Counted from the stretch's first letter, positions 30,645-41,311 are shown. The stretch is DNA of 64,000 nt from an uncultured Bacilli bacterium (GCA_934096235.1 CAKOLO010000002.1:301919-365918); one strand, 5' to 3'. Numbers and translations are program-made. The notes: a model not told the origin generated them from the letters alone.

Positions 30645-31561
30645 TGAAGAAAAAAATTGCTATTGTTCTTCTATTGATGTTAATACTTTGTGGATGCACT
30701 AAAAGATTTAACACTGAGGTAGATATTGATGGTAAGAAAGTAGAAAAAAGTTATGTTTCAAACATAATATGTAAGCCAGAAAGTACTGAACTAAAAGAAA
30801 CATATGAAAATAATAAAGATAATTTAATTGTTGATTATGATAGATTACCTGCATGTAAAGATTTAAAAATTAATTCTGGTGGTTATGAGGGGTTATGGAC
30901 ATCTTTGTTTGTTAAACCATTAGCTTGGGTTATCGTCAAAGTTGGATTAATTGTAAAAAATTATGGTGTAGCAATTATGATTGTTGGACTTATACTAAGA
31001 GCTATAATGTTCCCACTATCAAAAAAATCACTTAATATGAGTGAAAATATGCAAAAAGCTCAAAAAGATTTAAATAAGTTAGAAAAAAAATATAGAGGTA
31101 GAGAGGCTGATAGGGATGCTATGATGGCCAAGAGTCAAGAAATGCTACTTATATATAAAAAATATGATATTAGTCCATTATCAGGATGTTTATTCTCATT
31201 CTTACAATTACCAATATTCTTTGCATTCTTAGAAGCAGTTTATAGAGTACCAGCATTTTTTGAAAAGAATTTCTTAGTATTTAATTTAGGTACTACACCA
31301 CTTGAAGGATTTAAAGCAGGCAATTATTGGTATATAATTCTTGTGTTATTAATTATTGGTGCAACATATTTTTCATTTAAAAATATGAATGTAAGTGGTG
31401 ATGCTGAACAGGCTAAACAAATGAAAATGATGAGTACATTTATGATTGTATTTATATCAATTGTATCATTTAGTTTACCAACATCTATCGCATTATATTG
31501 GATAGTATCAAATGGATTTACAGTTGTTCAAAATTTGATATTAAAGAAAGGTAAGTTGTAG
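30644..31561 (+). CDS. yidC: membrane protein insertase YidC/Oxa1 family (lipoprotein type)
   Basis: Lipobox LILCGC, multi-TM, rnpA-yidC-jag order. Confidence 0.85.
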   Translation: MKKKIAIVLLLMLILCGCTKRFNTEVDIDGKKVEKSYVSNIICKPESTELKETYENNKDNLIVDYDRLPACKDLKINSGGYEGLWTSLFVKPLAWVIVKVGLIVKNYGVAIMIVGLILRAIMFPLSKKSLNMSENMQKAQKDLNKLEKKYRGREADRDAMMAKSQEMLLIYKKYDISPLSGCLFSFLQLPIFFAFLEAVYRVPAFFEKNFLVFNLGTTPLEGFKAGNYWYIILVLLIIGATYFSFKNMNVSGDAEQAKQMKMMSTFMIVFISIVSFSLPTSIALYWIVSNGFTVVQNLILKKGKL

Positions 31562-31565
31562 TATT

Positions 31566-32189
31566 ATGGAGAAGTATAAATTTCAAGCTAAAAGTGAAGA
31601 TGGTCTTTTAGATAAAGCATTAAACGAATTAAAATTAAAAGAAGAAGATGTAATTACTAGATCATATGAAGAAAAAGGTGGATTATTTAGTGGAAAAAAA
31701 TATACACTTGAGGTAATCAAAATTAGTGATGTAGCTGAAGTAGGAAAAGAAATAATTAAAGAATTATTATCTTCTATGGGAGTAAATGCTAATGTTGAAA
31801 CTAAAATTAGAGATGGACAAATTTATTATGGATTGCATTCTCAAAATAATTCATTATTAATTGGAAAGAATGGTCATATACTTGATTCAATTCAAACTTA
31901 TGTGAGACAAGCAGTATTAAATACTATCGATTTATATGTAAATATTACAATTGATGTAGAGGGTTATAAAGAAAAACAAAACTATTTCTTAGAAAAGAAA
32001 GTTAAGAAAATAGCTAGAGATGTAACTTTATCAAAGGTTGATGTTAAATTAGATCCGATGAATTCTTATGAAAGAAAAGTTGTTCATTCAGCACTTCAAG
32101 GATTTAAATATATAAAGACTGAAAGTGAAGGAGAAGAACCAAATAGATGTGTAGTTATTAAGTACACTGAGAATAAAGAAGATGAATAG
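31566..32189 (+). CDS. jag: Jag/KhpB RNA-binding protein (KH + R3H)
   Basis: Conserved position after yidC; R3H-like C-terminus (ERKVVHSAL). Confidence 0.75.
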   Translation: MEKYKFQAKSEDGLLDKALNELKLKEEDVITRSYEEKGGLFSGKKYTLEVIKISDVAEVGKEIIKELLSSMGVNANVETKIRDGQIYYGLHSQNNSLLIGKNGHILDSIQTYVRQAVLNTIDLYVNITIDVEGYKEKQNYFLEKKVKKIARDVTLSKVDVKLDPMNSYERKVVHSALQGFKYIKTESEGEEPNRCVVIKYTENKEDE

Positions 32190-32268
32190 TATGCTAAATG
32201 CATACTTTTATTTTACATATTATTCATAATGTGTTATAATCTAGCGTGAAGAAAAAGGAGACTAATAT

Positions 32269-33621
32269 ATGGAAGATACAATAGTAGCTATTGCTACAAC
32301 TATTGGTGAGAGTTCTATTAATGTTATTAGAATTAGTGGAAAAGATTCAATAAACATAGCAAATAAAATATTTTCAAAGGATATAAGTAATGTACCAAGT
32401 CATACAGTACATTATGGTTTTATAATGGAAAATAAAGAAAAGATAGATGAGGTATTTTTATCTGTATTTAGAGCTCCTAAAAGTTTTACTACTGAAGATA
32501 TAGTTGAAATTAGTGTACATGGTGGTAGTGCTTCTGTTAATAAAGTTATGGAATTAGTATTGTCTAATGGTGCTAGATTAGCTGAGCCAGGGGAATTTTT
32601 AAAAAGAGCATTTTTAAATGGAAGAATAGATTTAACTCAGGCAGAAGCAGTAGGTGATTTAATTAATGCTCAAACTGAAAGTTCAAGAAAAATGGCACTT
32701 AAGGGTGTTGATAAAACTATTTTTGGTGAAATAAATAAATTAAAAGAGAAAGTTCTTGCTTTAATTGCAAATATAGAAGTTAATATAGATTATCCTGAGT
32801 ATGAGGATGCTGTAGTTGTAACTAAGGAAATGATTAATGAAACAAATGAATTTATTAGAGAAAAAGTAGGTAAATTACTTAAAAATAGTAAAAAAGGATT
32901 ATTAATAAAAAATGGTCTTAAAATTGTTATTGTTGGTAAACCTAATGTTGGTAAAAGTAGTATTCTAAATTCATTACTAAAAGAAAATAAGGCTATAGTT
33001 ACTGATATAAAAGGAACTACTCGTGATATAGTAGAAGGTGTCTTAATGATTGATGGAGTTAAAATCGATATATTGGATACTGCTGGTATAAGAGAAACTA
33101 ATGATGTTGTTGAAGCTATAGGTGTTAAAAGAAGTGTTGATGCAATAGATGAAGCTGATTTAGTGCTTTTTGTTATAGATAGCGAAGATGGTTTTGATAA
33201 GGAAGATAAAGAGGTACTTGATAAAATTAAAGATAAAGAAATACTTGTAGTTTATAATAAAAATGATAAGAAAAAGGATTATAAAGTAGATGAATTAAGT
33301 AGTTATAATTCCATTAATATATCGACGTTTGATAATGATATGATAGAAAAACTTAAAGATATAATTTCTAGTATATTTGATTTAAAATCCATTGCTGAAT
33401 CAAATTATACATATATATCTAATGCTAGACAAATTGCATTATTGAATAAATCATTGACTATTATAGATGAGGTTGAAAATGCTGTTAATAATGATTTAGA
33501 AGTAGATATGATTGAAATAGATGTTAAAAGATTATGGGAAACTTTAAGTGAAATAACTGGTGAAGTTGGAAGTGAAGACTTGTTAAATGAAATATTTAGT
33601 AAGTTTTGTCTTGGAAAGTAG
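32269..33621 (+). CDS. mnmE: tRNA modification GTPase MnmE
   Basis: G1 GKPNVGKSS, G3 DTAGIR, C-terminal CxGK. Confidence 0.95.
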   Translation: MEDTIVAIATTIGESSINVIRISGKDSINIANKIFSKDISNVPSHTVHYGFIMENKEKIDEVFLSVFRAPKSFTTEDIVEISVHGGSASVNKVMELVLSNGARLAEPGEFLKRAFLNGRIDLTQAEAVGDLINAQTESSRKMALKGVDKTIFGEINKLKEKVLALIANIEVNIDYPEYEDAVVVTKEMINETNEFIREKVGKLLKNSKKGLLIKNGLKIVIVGKPNVGKSSILNSLLKENKAIVTDIKGTTRDIVEGVLMIDGVKIDILDTAGIRETNDVVEAIGVKRSVDAIDEADLVLFVIDSEDGFDKEDKEVLDKIKDKEILVVYNKNDKKKDYKVDELSSYNSINISTFDNDMIEKLKDIISSIFDLKSIAESNYTYISNARQIALLNKSLTIIDEVENAVNNDLEVDMIEIDVKRLWETLSEITGEVGSEDLLNEIFSKFCLGK

Positions 33622-33631
33622 ATGATAAATA

Positions 33632-35494
33632 ATGAAATATGATGTTATAGTTGTTGGTGGGGGTCACGCTGGATGTGAGGCTTCTTTAGCTTGTGCTAGA
33701 ATGGGTGAAAAAACTTTACTTATTACAATTAATATAAATAATATAGCAGATATGCCTTGTAATCCATCAATAGGTGGTTCTGCAAAGGGTATTGTTGTAC
33801 GTGAAATAGATGCATTAGGTGGAGAAATGGGTTATTGTGCTGATAAAACTCATCTCCAAATTAAGATGCTTAATGTAAAAAAAGGACCTGGTGTTAGATC
33901 ACTTAGATGTCAAGGATGTAAGGTTAATTATCCTAAAGAAATGCTAAAAACTTTAAGAGAAACTAAGAATTTAGATATTAAAGAAGCAATAGTTAAAGAA
34001 TTAATTGTTGAAGATAAAAAAGTATGTGGAATTATTACTGAAGATGGTGAAAGAATAGAAAGTAAAGCTGTTATTCTTACGACTGGAACATATTTAAACT
34101 CTGATATTATGTGTGGTCATGAAAAACATAAAGGTGGCCCTCATGGTGAAAAAAATTCTATGTATTTAAGTGATTCTCTTCAAAAAAATGGAATAAAAAT
34201 AATAAGATTAAAAACTGGTACTCCTCCTAGAATTTTAAAAAGTAGTATTAATTTTAATGAAGTACAAATAGAAGAAGGAGATAAAGAGCCTCTTACATTT
34301 AGTAATTTTTATGATGCAACTTATGATGTTAATAAACAAACACCATGTTATTTAACTTATACTAATAAAGAAACACATAAAATAATTATGGATAATTTAG
34401 ATAAATGTTCTTTATATAGTGGAATGATTAAAGGAGTTGGACCTCGTTATTGTCCATCTATTGAAGACAAAGTAGTAAAATTTAATGATAAAGATAGACA
34501 TCAAATATTCCTAGAACCTGAACGTAGTGATGATATAGAATATTATGTTGGTGGGTTTTCTACTACTATGCCTCATGAGATACAAGAAAAATTATTAAAG
34601 ACTATGGATGGTCTTCATAATGTAGTAATAACTAAATATGGTTATGCAATTGAGTATGATGCAATTGATCCATTACAATTAAAGATGTCATTAGAAAATA
34701 AGGTACTTGAAAACTTATTTACTGCTGGACAAATAAATGGAACTAGTGGTTATGAAGAGGCAGCTGCTCAAGGGCTTATGGCAGGTATTAATGCATCTTT
34801 AAAATTACAAGGAAAAGATCCATTTATATTAAAGAGAAATGAAGCATATATAGGTGTACTTATTGATGACTTGATTAATAAAGGAATAACTGAACCATAT
34901 AGATTATTAACTTCTCGTGCCGAATTTAGATTACTTCTAAGACATGATAATGCATCACTTAGATTGACTCCTTATGGTAGAAAACTTGGTCTTATAAATG
35001 ATGAAAAGTATGGAATATTTACTAAGATGATTAATGATATGAAAGAGTTAGAAGAATATTTAGAAAATAGTTATCTAACATCTACTGATGAAGTAAATAA
35101 GTTTTTAGAAAGCATTAATTCTTCTAAAATATATGGAAGGACATCACTTAAAGATTTAGTAAAAAGACCTGAAATTGATATATGTGTTTTACTTGACTAT
35201 ATGAATAGACCGTATGATAAAAAGATCGCTGATATGGTTCAAATAGAAATTAAATATAAAGGATATATAGATAAGACTAAAGCTGAAGTAGAAAAGATGT
35301 TAAAACTTGAAAATAAACAAATACCTGAAAATATAGATTATGAAAAAGTACCTAATATAGCTACTGAAGCAAGACAAAAATTCAGTAAGATTAGACCTCT
35401 AACTATAGGTCAAGCATCTAGAATAAGTGGCGTTAATCCATCTGATATAACCATGTTATTAGTTTATTTAAAAAAGGAATACAATAATGACTAA
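33632..35494 (+). CDS. mnmG: tRNA uridine 5-carboxymethylaminomethyl modification enzyme MnmG
   Basis: FAD fold VIVVGGGHAGCEA; 620 aa. Confidence 0.95.
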   Translation: MKYDVIVVGGGHAGCEASLACARMGEKTLLITININNIADMPCNPSIGGSAKGIVVREIDALGGEMGYCADKTHLQIKMLNVKKGPGVRSLRCQGCKVNYPKEMLKTLRETKNLDIKEAIVKELIVEDKKVCGIITEDGERIESKAVILTTGTYLNSDIMCGHEKHKGGPHGEKNSMYLSDSLQKNGIKIIRLKTGTPPRILKSSINFNEVQIEEGDKEPLTFSNFYDATYDVNKQTPCYLTYTNKETHKIIMDNLDKCSLYSGMIKGVGPRYCPSIEDKVVKFNDKDRHQIFLEPERSDDIEYYVGGFSTTMPHEIQEKLLKTMDGLHNVVITKYGYAIEYDAIDPLQLKMSLENKVLENLFTAGQINGTSGYEEAAAQGLMAGINASLKLQGKDPFILKRNEAYIGVLIDDLINKGITEPYRLLTSRAEFRLLLRHDNASLRLTPYGRKLGLINDEKYGIFTKMINDMKELEEYLENSYLTSTDEVNKFLESINSSKIYGRTSLKDLVKRPEIDICVLLDYMNRPYDKKIADMVQIEIKYKGYIDKTKAEVEKMLKLENKQIPENIDYEKVPNIATEARQKFSKIRPLTIGQASRISGVNPSDITMLLVYLKKEYNND

Positions 35495-36197
35495 AGAAGA
35501 ATTTATATTATATTGCAATAAATTAAATATTAAGATAAGTGAAGAATTGTATAGTAAGTTTTTTACTTATTTTGAAATGTTGGTAGAATGGAATAATAAG
35601 TTTAATATGACTACTATTCTTGAAGAAAAAGACGTATTTTTGTTACATTTTTATGATTCATTATGTTTATTTAAAGTAGTGGATTTAAATAAGGAAGTTA
35701 ATTTATGTGATTTTGGTACAGGTGCTGGATTTCCGGGACTTCCTATAGCTATAGTTTTTCCTAAGGTTAGTGTTACATTAGTTGAATCTAATGGAAAAAA
35801 ATGTATGTTCTTAAATGCAATAAAAGATTCTCTAAAGTTAGAAAATGTTACTGTAGTAAATGATAGAATTGAAAATTTTAGTACTAAAGAACGTGAAAAG
35901 TTTGATATTGTTACTTGTAGAGCTGTTACTTCAATACCTATGATACTAGAAATGGCTACATCTTTAGTAAAAGTAAATGGTGTGCTTGTTCCATTAAAAT
36001 CAAATTGTGAAGAAGAATTAGTTAAATATAGTTATTTAGAGAATGAACTTGGTATAAAACTAATTCAAAAAGAAGTATATAGTTTACCTATAAATGATGC
36101 TTATAGAGTAATACCTGTATATAAAAAGAAAAAAACAACTGATAAAAAGTATCCTAGAAGTTATAATTCTTTATTAAAAATGTATAAAAATAAATAG
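35487..36197 (+). CDS. rsmG: 16S rRNA m7G527 methyltransferase RsmG
   Basis: DFGTGAGFPGLP SAM motif; position after mnmG. Confidence 0.9.
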   Translation: MTKEEFILYCNKLNIKISEELYSKFFTYFEMLVEWNNKFNMTTILEEKDVFLLHFYDSLCLFKVVDLNKEVNLCDFGTGAGFPGLPIAIVFPKVSVTLVESNGKKCMFLNAIKDSLKLENVTVVNDRIENFSTKEREKFDIVTCRAVTSIPMILEMATSLVKVNGVLVPLKSNCEEELVKYSYLENELGIKLIQKEVYSLPINDAYRVIPVYKKKKTTDKKYPRSYNSLLKMYKNK

Positions 36198-36276
36198 TAA
36201 ATATCTTGTTATTAACTTGATAAAAACTTTAAAATGCTTTAAAATAAATATATAGTAGGAAAAAAGGATAGAGATT

Positions 36277-37509
36277 ATGGACGAGAACAAAGATAAAATT
36301 TATTACATACCAGTTGAAGATATTATACCTAATAGATTTCAACCAAGGCTTGCTTTTGATGAAAAAGAATTAAATGAACTTGCTAATTCTATTATTAAAT
36401 ATGGTGTTATTCAACCTATTGTACTTAGAAGTATTGGTGAAAAATATGAAATAATCGCAGGTGAAAGAAGATATAAAGCTTCATGCATTGCTGGTCTTAA
36501 AAAGATTCCTGCTATTATAAATAATACTGATGATAATACTAGTGCTGAGATAGCTTTACTTGAAAATCTTCAAAGAAAAAATTTATCTGTTATTGAAGAA
36601 GCACAATCATATAAAAAGTTAATGGATAGAGGTTTTACTCAAGAAGATATAGCTATAAAACTTGGTATTAGTCAATCAGCTGTAGCTAATAAAATGAGAC
36701 TTTTAAATTTGCCAAAAGAAGTACAAGATGCTCTTTTATATAATAGAATATCTGAAAGACATGCTAGAAGTTTATTGTCACTTAATAATGAAGATTTACA
36801 AAAAAGTTTGCTACATAGAATTACTAGTGAAAAGTTAACTGTTAGACAAACGGAAGAAGCAGTTAGTGAATTATTAAATAGAGATAAGATTGAAAAAGAA
36901 GAACTACCAAGTGATATTCAAAAATTTTTAAAACCAGAACCAGTGGTTGAAACTAAAGAACAAGTTATCGGTAATAATCCTGTTGAGGAATATTTAGATA
37001 TTAAAGTTCCTGATGTAGTTTCAATTGAACCTGAAACATCTGTTTTAACTGAATATACTGATGATACTCAAATAATAAATCCATTTCAAAATGTTAATTC
37101 AGCTAATGAGGTTCAAAATACTATTAATAGTAATATTGTGTCAAATAATGAAATATCAAGTAATATTGAGACACCATTTATAAGTGAAAATGTTAATAAT
37201 GCTTACAATGAAACTGAAAAAGAAACGGTTAATTTTGTAAAAAATGATGAACCAGCAAATAATACAAATAATACTTACTTCAATCCATATAAGTTTCCAG
37301 ATGAAAAGGAAGAAGTGAAAGAAGAAATAACTGATGAAGATTCTTTATTAAATGAATATGGTGAAGTTAATTTACCAAAAGTAATTAATAAAGTAAGAGA
37401 TTTTGTTAGTAGTTTAGATCAAGTAAGTAGTTTAATTGAAACTAGTGAAGTAGATTTAACTGATAAATACCAAATTATTATTGAAATTAATAAGAACACA
37501 CCTATGTAG
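36277..37509 (+). CDS. noc: ParB-family protein, Noc-like (nucleoid occlusion protein paralogue) with long low-complexity C-terminal extension
   Basis: ParB N-domain (IPNRFQPR, GERRYKA, ENLQRKNL) and HTH (TQEDIAIKLGISQSAVANKMRLLNLP). The ISERHARSLLSL and IPNRFQPR blocks resemble B. subtilis Noc (ITERHARAL, VPNRFQPR) more than Spo0J (GHGR, PNPYQPR), from my recollection of those sequences. Sits immediately after rsmG where noc lies in Bacillus. The ~200-aa N/E-rich C-terminus is unusual. Confidence 0.65.
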   Translation: MDENKDKIYYIPVEDIIPNRFQPRLAFDEKELNELANSIIKYGVIQPIVLRSIGEKYEIIAGERRYKASCIAGLKKIPAIINNTDDNTSAEIALLENLQRKNLSVIEEAQSYKKLMDRGFTQEDIAIKLGISQSAVANKMRLLNLPKEVQDALLYNRISERHARSLLSLNNEDLQKSLLHRITSEKLTVRQTEEAVSELLNRDKIEKEELPSDIQKFLKPEPVVETKEQVIGNNPVEEYLDIKVPDVVSIEPETSVLTEYTDDTQIINPFQNVNSANEVQNTINSNIVSNNEISSNIETPFISENVNNAYNETEKETVNFVKNDEPANNTNNTYFNPYKFPDEKEEVKEEITDEDSLLNEYGEVNLPKVINKVRDFVSSLDQVSSLIETSEVDLTDKYQIIIEINKNTPM

Positions 37510-37605
37510 TGTGTTTTTTACTTTACATTTGATTATAAAAAAACATTTACTAAGAAAATATAAATGTTATAATTAATTTAGAATTATAGGAAAGAGGTAA
37601 TTGTT

Positions 37606-38763
37606 ATGGGATTAATAAAAGCATTGTCTGGAGCTACTACTACAGCTTTAGGAGATCAATTTAAAGAGTTTGTGACTTGCCCTACTATTTCAAGAAACGT
37701 TTTAATTCAAAGAGGTATTGTTATTCATGGTAATGGTAATAGTAATCCAAGTGATGGAATTATTACTAATGGAAGTACTATTGTGGTACCTCAAGGTATG
37801 GCGATGATGCTTATTGAGAATGGTGAAATAAAAGAATTTACTGCTGATGCTGGTACTTTCTACTTTGATACTAGTAGTGAACCTAGTATATTTACTGGTG
37901 GTCTTGGAAAGGGAATTATAGATACATTTAAGACTATTGGAAAACGTTTTACTTATGGAGGACAAACTGCTAAAGATCAAAGAGTTTACTATGTAAATTT
38001 ATTAACTATTGCAGGTAATAAATTTGGTTCACCACAACCAAGAAAAATTACTGATGAGAAATATGGTATGTTAGAAGTTACTTTCTTTGGAGAATATGCT
38101 TTTAAAGTAGCTGATCCAATTATGTTAGTAAATAGTGTTATAGGAGCTAATGCAGCTGATACTGTTTATTATGAAGATGTTATTGGTAGTCAATTACAAT
38201 CTAAATTTATTGAAAAATTAACTCAAGCAATTACAGTTGTTATGAGAAAACATAAAGTTTCTTTTGGAGATATTGGTTTATATAATGGAGATATTTCTGA
38301 AGAAATGAATGTATGTTTAGATGATTCTTGGAGAAAAAATTTTGGTTTAGAAGTTGTAGATGTAGCTATTGGAGATATTAACCTCACTGATGAATCTATG
38401 ATTAAAGTTAATAAGATTGATGAAGCTACTATATTTTCAAATAAAAATTTACAATCTGGTTTAATGGCTAGTGCTTCGGCTGATGCTTTAAGAAATGCAT
38501 CTTCTAATGAAAATGGTGCAATGATGGGATTTATGGGTATGAATATGGCTACTGGTGCTGTTAATAATATGATGGGAACAATAAATAATGGTACTGATGT
38601 AAATGGTTATAAACCTGAAACTAATCAACCTGAAATGGGAACAATATTCAATAATGAAGAAGTTAAAGTTGAAGATGTACCTGAAGTAAAAAAATGTCCA
38701 AATTGTGGAGAAATAGCTGTTGGTAAGTTCTGTAGTAATTGTGGAACTAAAATGGAAGAATAA
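37606..38763 (+). CDS. SPFH/band-7-like domain protein with C-terminal zinc-ribbon
   Basis: 385 aa; C-terminal CPNCGEIAVGKFCSNCG zinc ribbon; N-terminal ~250 aa resembles SPFH-type proteins (assignment tentative). Confidence 0.4.
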   Translation: MGLIKALSGATTTALGDQFKEFVTCPTISRNVLIQRGIVIHGNGNSNPSDGIITNGSTIVVPQGMAMMLIENGEIKEFTADAGTFYFDTSSEPSIFTGGLGKGIIDTFKTIGKRFTYGGQTAKDQRVYYVNLLTIAGNKFGSPQPRKITDEKYGMLEVTFFGEYAFKVADPIMLVNSVIGANAADTVYYEDVIGSQLQSKFIEKLTQAITVVMRKHKVSFGDIGLYNGDISEEMNVCLDDSWRKNFGLEVVDVAIGDINLTDESMIKVNKIDEATIFSNKNLQSGLMASASADALRNASSNENGAMMGFMGMNMATGAVNNMMGTINNGTDVNGYKPETNQPEMGTIFNNEEVKVEDVPEVKKCPNCGEIAVGKFCSNCGTKMEE

Positions 38764-38793
38764 AAAAATGACTCTTAATTTAAAGAGTCTTTT
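38764..38793. terminator. bidirectional terminator between the SPFH-like gene and the PBP gene
   Basis: gactctt-aattta-aagagtc hairpin with an A-run upstream and a T-run downstream. Confidence 0.5.
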
Positions 38794-40709
38794 ATATTGG
38801 AAAAATTTATATCGTATGTAGGTTCTGATCCTTTTTCATAGTAGCATATAAAACCATTACTATTGGGTTCTCCACTAATTGAATTTATTGAAGCTGCGGT
38901 TATTCCTTTAGGTATGTCATACCATTCATTTTTGTTATCTTTAATAGAAGCTATTGTTTTAGACCATATCTTTTTAGTTATTTTAGAGTCTTTTGACTTT
39001 ACATCGGTATTATCATCGTTTCCGGCCCAAACAAGCATTAAATAGTCTTTATTATATCCTACAGTCCAATAATCTGTTGATGTACTACCGCTTTTAGCTG
39101 CATATTTTCCTTTTAATTCATTCCCAATGCTAACTAATGTAGGAGAAGTATAATTAATAAGACTATAGTTGTATGTTGATGTTAATAAGTTGTTTAAAAT
39201 ATATACATATTTTTTGTTTAATACATAATCTTCACTATATTTATACTCATAAAGTATTTTACCTGTATTGTCTGTTACCTTTTCTATTAGATGTGGGCTT
39301 TCATGTTTACCTTCATTAGCAAGTGTTATGAAACCATTGCTAAAGTCAATCATATTTATTTCGGATGTTCCTAAGGCAGAAGATGCATTTTCTTTTACTT
39401 CTGTTTTGATACCAACACGTTTTATTGTTTTAGATAACATGTCTGTTCCTAAAAATAAATGTGTTTTCATGGCATAAATGTTATCTGAATATGCGATAGC
39501 TGATAACATAGAGATATTTTTATTAGCATAGATATTTCCTGCATTTCTTGGTGAATATGTTGTGTCTCCTAAATTAAATGTTGTTCTTTCACTTAAAAAC
39601 GTACTTGAAGGAGTAAAACCATTTTCAAGGGCACTATAATAAAGAAAAGGTTTTATTGTTGAACCAACTTGTCTTTTTGATGAGTATGCTCTATTGTACT
39701 CTGATAATGAATAATCTTTTCCTCCAATAAGTGCAACTATTTTACCATTTGTTGGTGTTATTACTATAGAAGCTACTTGTAAAGTTGTGTCTTTCATTTC
39801 ATTATCTATATTATTTTCTAAGTTTTTTTGTACATCTTTATCAAGATTAGTGTATATTTTAAGTCCTTCCATATCTAATAGTGATGATGGTATTTCTTTT
39901 ATACTAGAAAGTTCTTTTAAAACAGCATCTTTGTAATAATAAATACTAGAGAGTTCAACTTTATCATTTTTACCATAAAGTTTTAATTCTTCGTTATATG
40001 CTTTATTCATTTCATCAGTAGAAATTAATTTGTTTTTTACCATACTATAGAGTACATCTTTTTGTCTTTCTTTAGCATTCTCATAGTGAGCAACTGGATT
40101 ATAATAACTTGGATTTTTAGGTATACCAACTATTATAGATGATTCAGCGAGTGTTAGGTCTTTGGGTTCTTTATTAAAATAATATTTACTTGCTTCTTTT
40201 ATTCCATAGTTTCCCGCCCCAAAATCAATAGTATTTAAATATCCTTCAAGTATTTCATTTTTTGAATAATGTGTTTCTAGTTCTAAAGTAAGAAGTGCTT
40301 CTTGTATTTTTCTTTCCCATGTTTTATCAAAAGTTAAATATAAATTTTTAATATATTGTTGTGAAATTGTAGAAGCACCTTCTTTAATCTTTTTACTTTT
40401 TAAATTTACAAACATAGCTTTAGCAATTCTTAAATAATCAAATCCTTTATGATTATAAAAGTTTTTATCTTCAATTGAAACAATTGCTGTTTTAACATAA
40501 TCACTAATGTTAGAAAGTTCTACAAAATCATTTTTTTCTCTTTCTTTGAATAAATCATTACCATATTTATCATAATAAGTTATGCTTTTACTTGTATTAA
40601 TATTAAACTTAGGTGTGATAAACGCATAAGCATAAAGACTTAAAATTATTATAATAATAGAGAAAAATGTGAATATAAATATTTTAGTTAATAATAGTAA
40701 TTTTTTCAT
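38775..40709 (-). CDS. class A penicillin-binding protein (bifunctional transglycosylase/transpeptidase)
   Basis: GT51 motifs (EDKNFYNHKGFD, GASTISQQ), transpeptidase SxxK (STIKP), SxN and KSG(S/T) (KSGST). Confidence 0.85.
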   Translation of the reverse strand: MKKLLLLTKIFIFTFFSIIIIILSLYAYAFITPKFNINTSKSITYYDKYGNDLFKEREKNDFVELSNISDYVKTAIVSIEDKNFYNHKGFDYLRIAKAMFVNLKSKKIKEGASTISQQYIKNLYLTFDKTWERKIQEALLTLELETHYSKNEILEGYLNTIDFGAGNYGIKEASKYYFNKEPKDLTLAESSIIVGIPKNPSYYNPVAHYENAKERQKDVLYSMVKNKLISTDEMNKAYNEELKLYGKNDKVELSSIYYYKDAVLKELSSIKEIPSSLLDMEGLKIYTNLDKDVQKNLENNIDNEMKDTTLQVASIVITPTNGKIVALIGGKDYSLSEYNRAYSSKRQVGSTIKPFLYYSALENGFTPSSTFLSERTTFNLGDTTYSPRNAGNIYANKNISMLSAIAYSDNIYAMKTHLFLGTDMLSKTIKRVGIKTEVKENASSALGTSEINMIDFSNGFITLANEGKHESPHLIEKVTDNTGKILYEYKYSEDYVLNKKYVYILNNLLTSTYNYSLINYTSPTLVSIGNELKGKYAAKSGSTSTDYWTVGYNKDYLMLVWAGNDDNTDVKSKDSKITKKIWSKTIASIKDNKNEWYDIPKGITAASINSISGEPNSNGFICYYEKGSEPTYDINFSNIKDSLN

Positions 40710-40828
40710 ATCATTTACACCATTAATTATTATGTATTGTAAATCTAGAAAAAATACTTGATTTATATAAAAAAATATGTATAATTTTAAGGGAAAGAAA
40801 AAATAGTCTTAAGGAGGCTTAATTAATA

Positions 40829-41275
40829 ATGAAATTTAAAACTGTAAGTAAAGAAGAGTTAGAAACAATGCCATTTGATGACATTGCATATATAATATTA
40901 AAAGAAAAAGGAAAAAAGATGAAGATTAATGACATATTTAAAATAATATGTGATGAACTTAATCTTGGAGAGGATGCATTTGAAAATCAAATAGCTGATT
41001 TCTTTGCATTACTTGCGACTGAAAAGAGATTTATTCAACTTGAAAAAGGATATTGGGATTTAAGAGAGAATCATACTGCTGAAATCAATATTAAGGAACT
41101 TGAAGAAGAACTTGAAGATGATGAAGATACTCTTGAAGAAAAAGAAGAAGATATGGAAGAACACGAAAGTGACTTCTACGATGATATTGATGAAACTGAA
41201 GATGATGATACTGATGATGATTTAAGAGATTTAGTTATTGTTGATGAAGGATATGAAGACGAATCTGACTTGTAG
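40829..41275 (+). CDS. rpoE: DNA-directed RNA polymerase delta subunit
   Basis: N-terminal HARE-HTH-like domain (MPFDDIAYIILKEKGKKMKINDIFKII) plus a strongly acidic D/E C-terminal tail. Confidence 0.7.
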   Translation: MKFKTVSKEELETMPFDDIAYIILKEKGKKMKINDIFKIICDELNLGEDAFENQIADFFALLATEKRFIQLEKGYWDLRENHTAEINIKELEEELEDDEDTLEEKEEDMEEHESDFYDDIDETEDDDTDDDLRDLVIVDEGYEDESDL

Positions 41276-41311
41276 CGGTACTTTCTTAAATATTTAATAA
41301 AGGGAGGAAAT

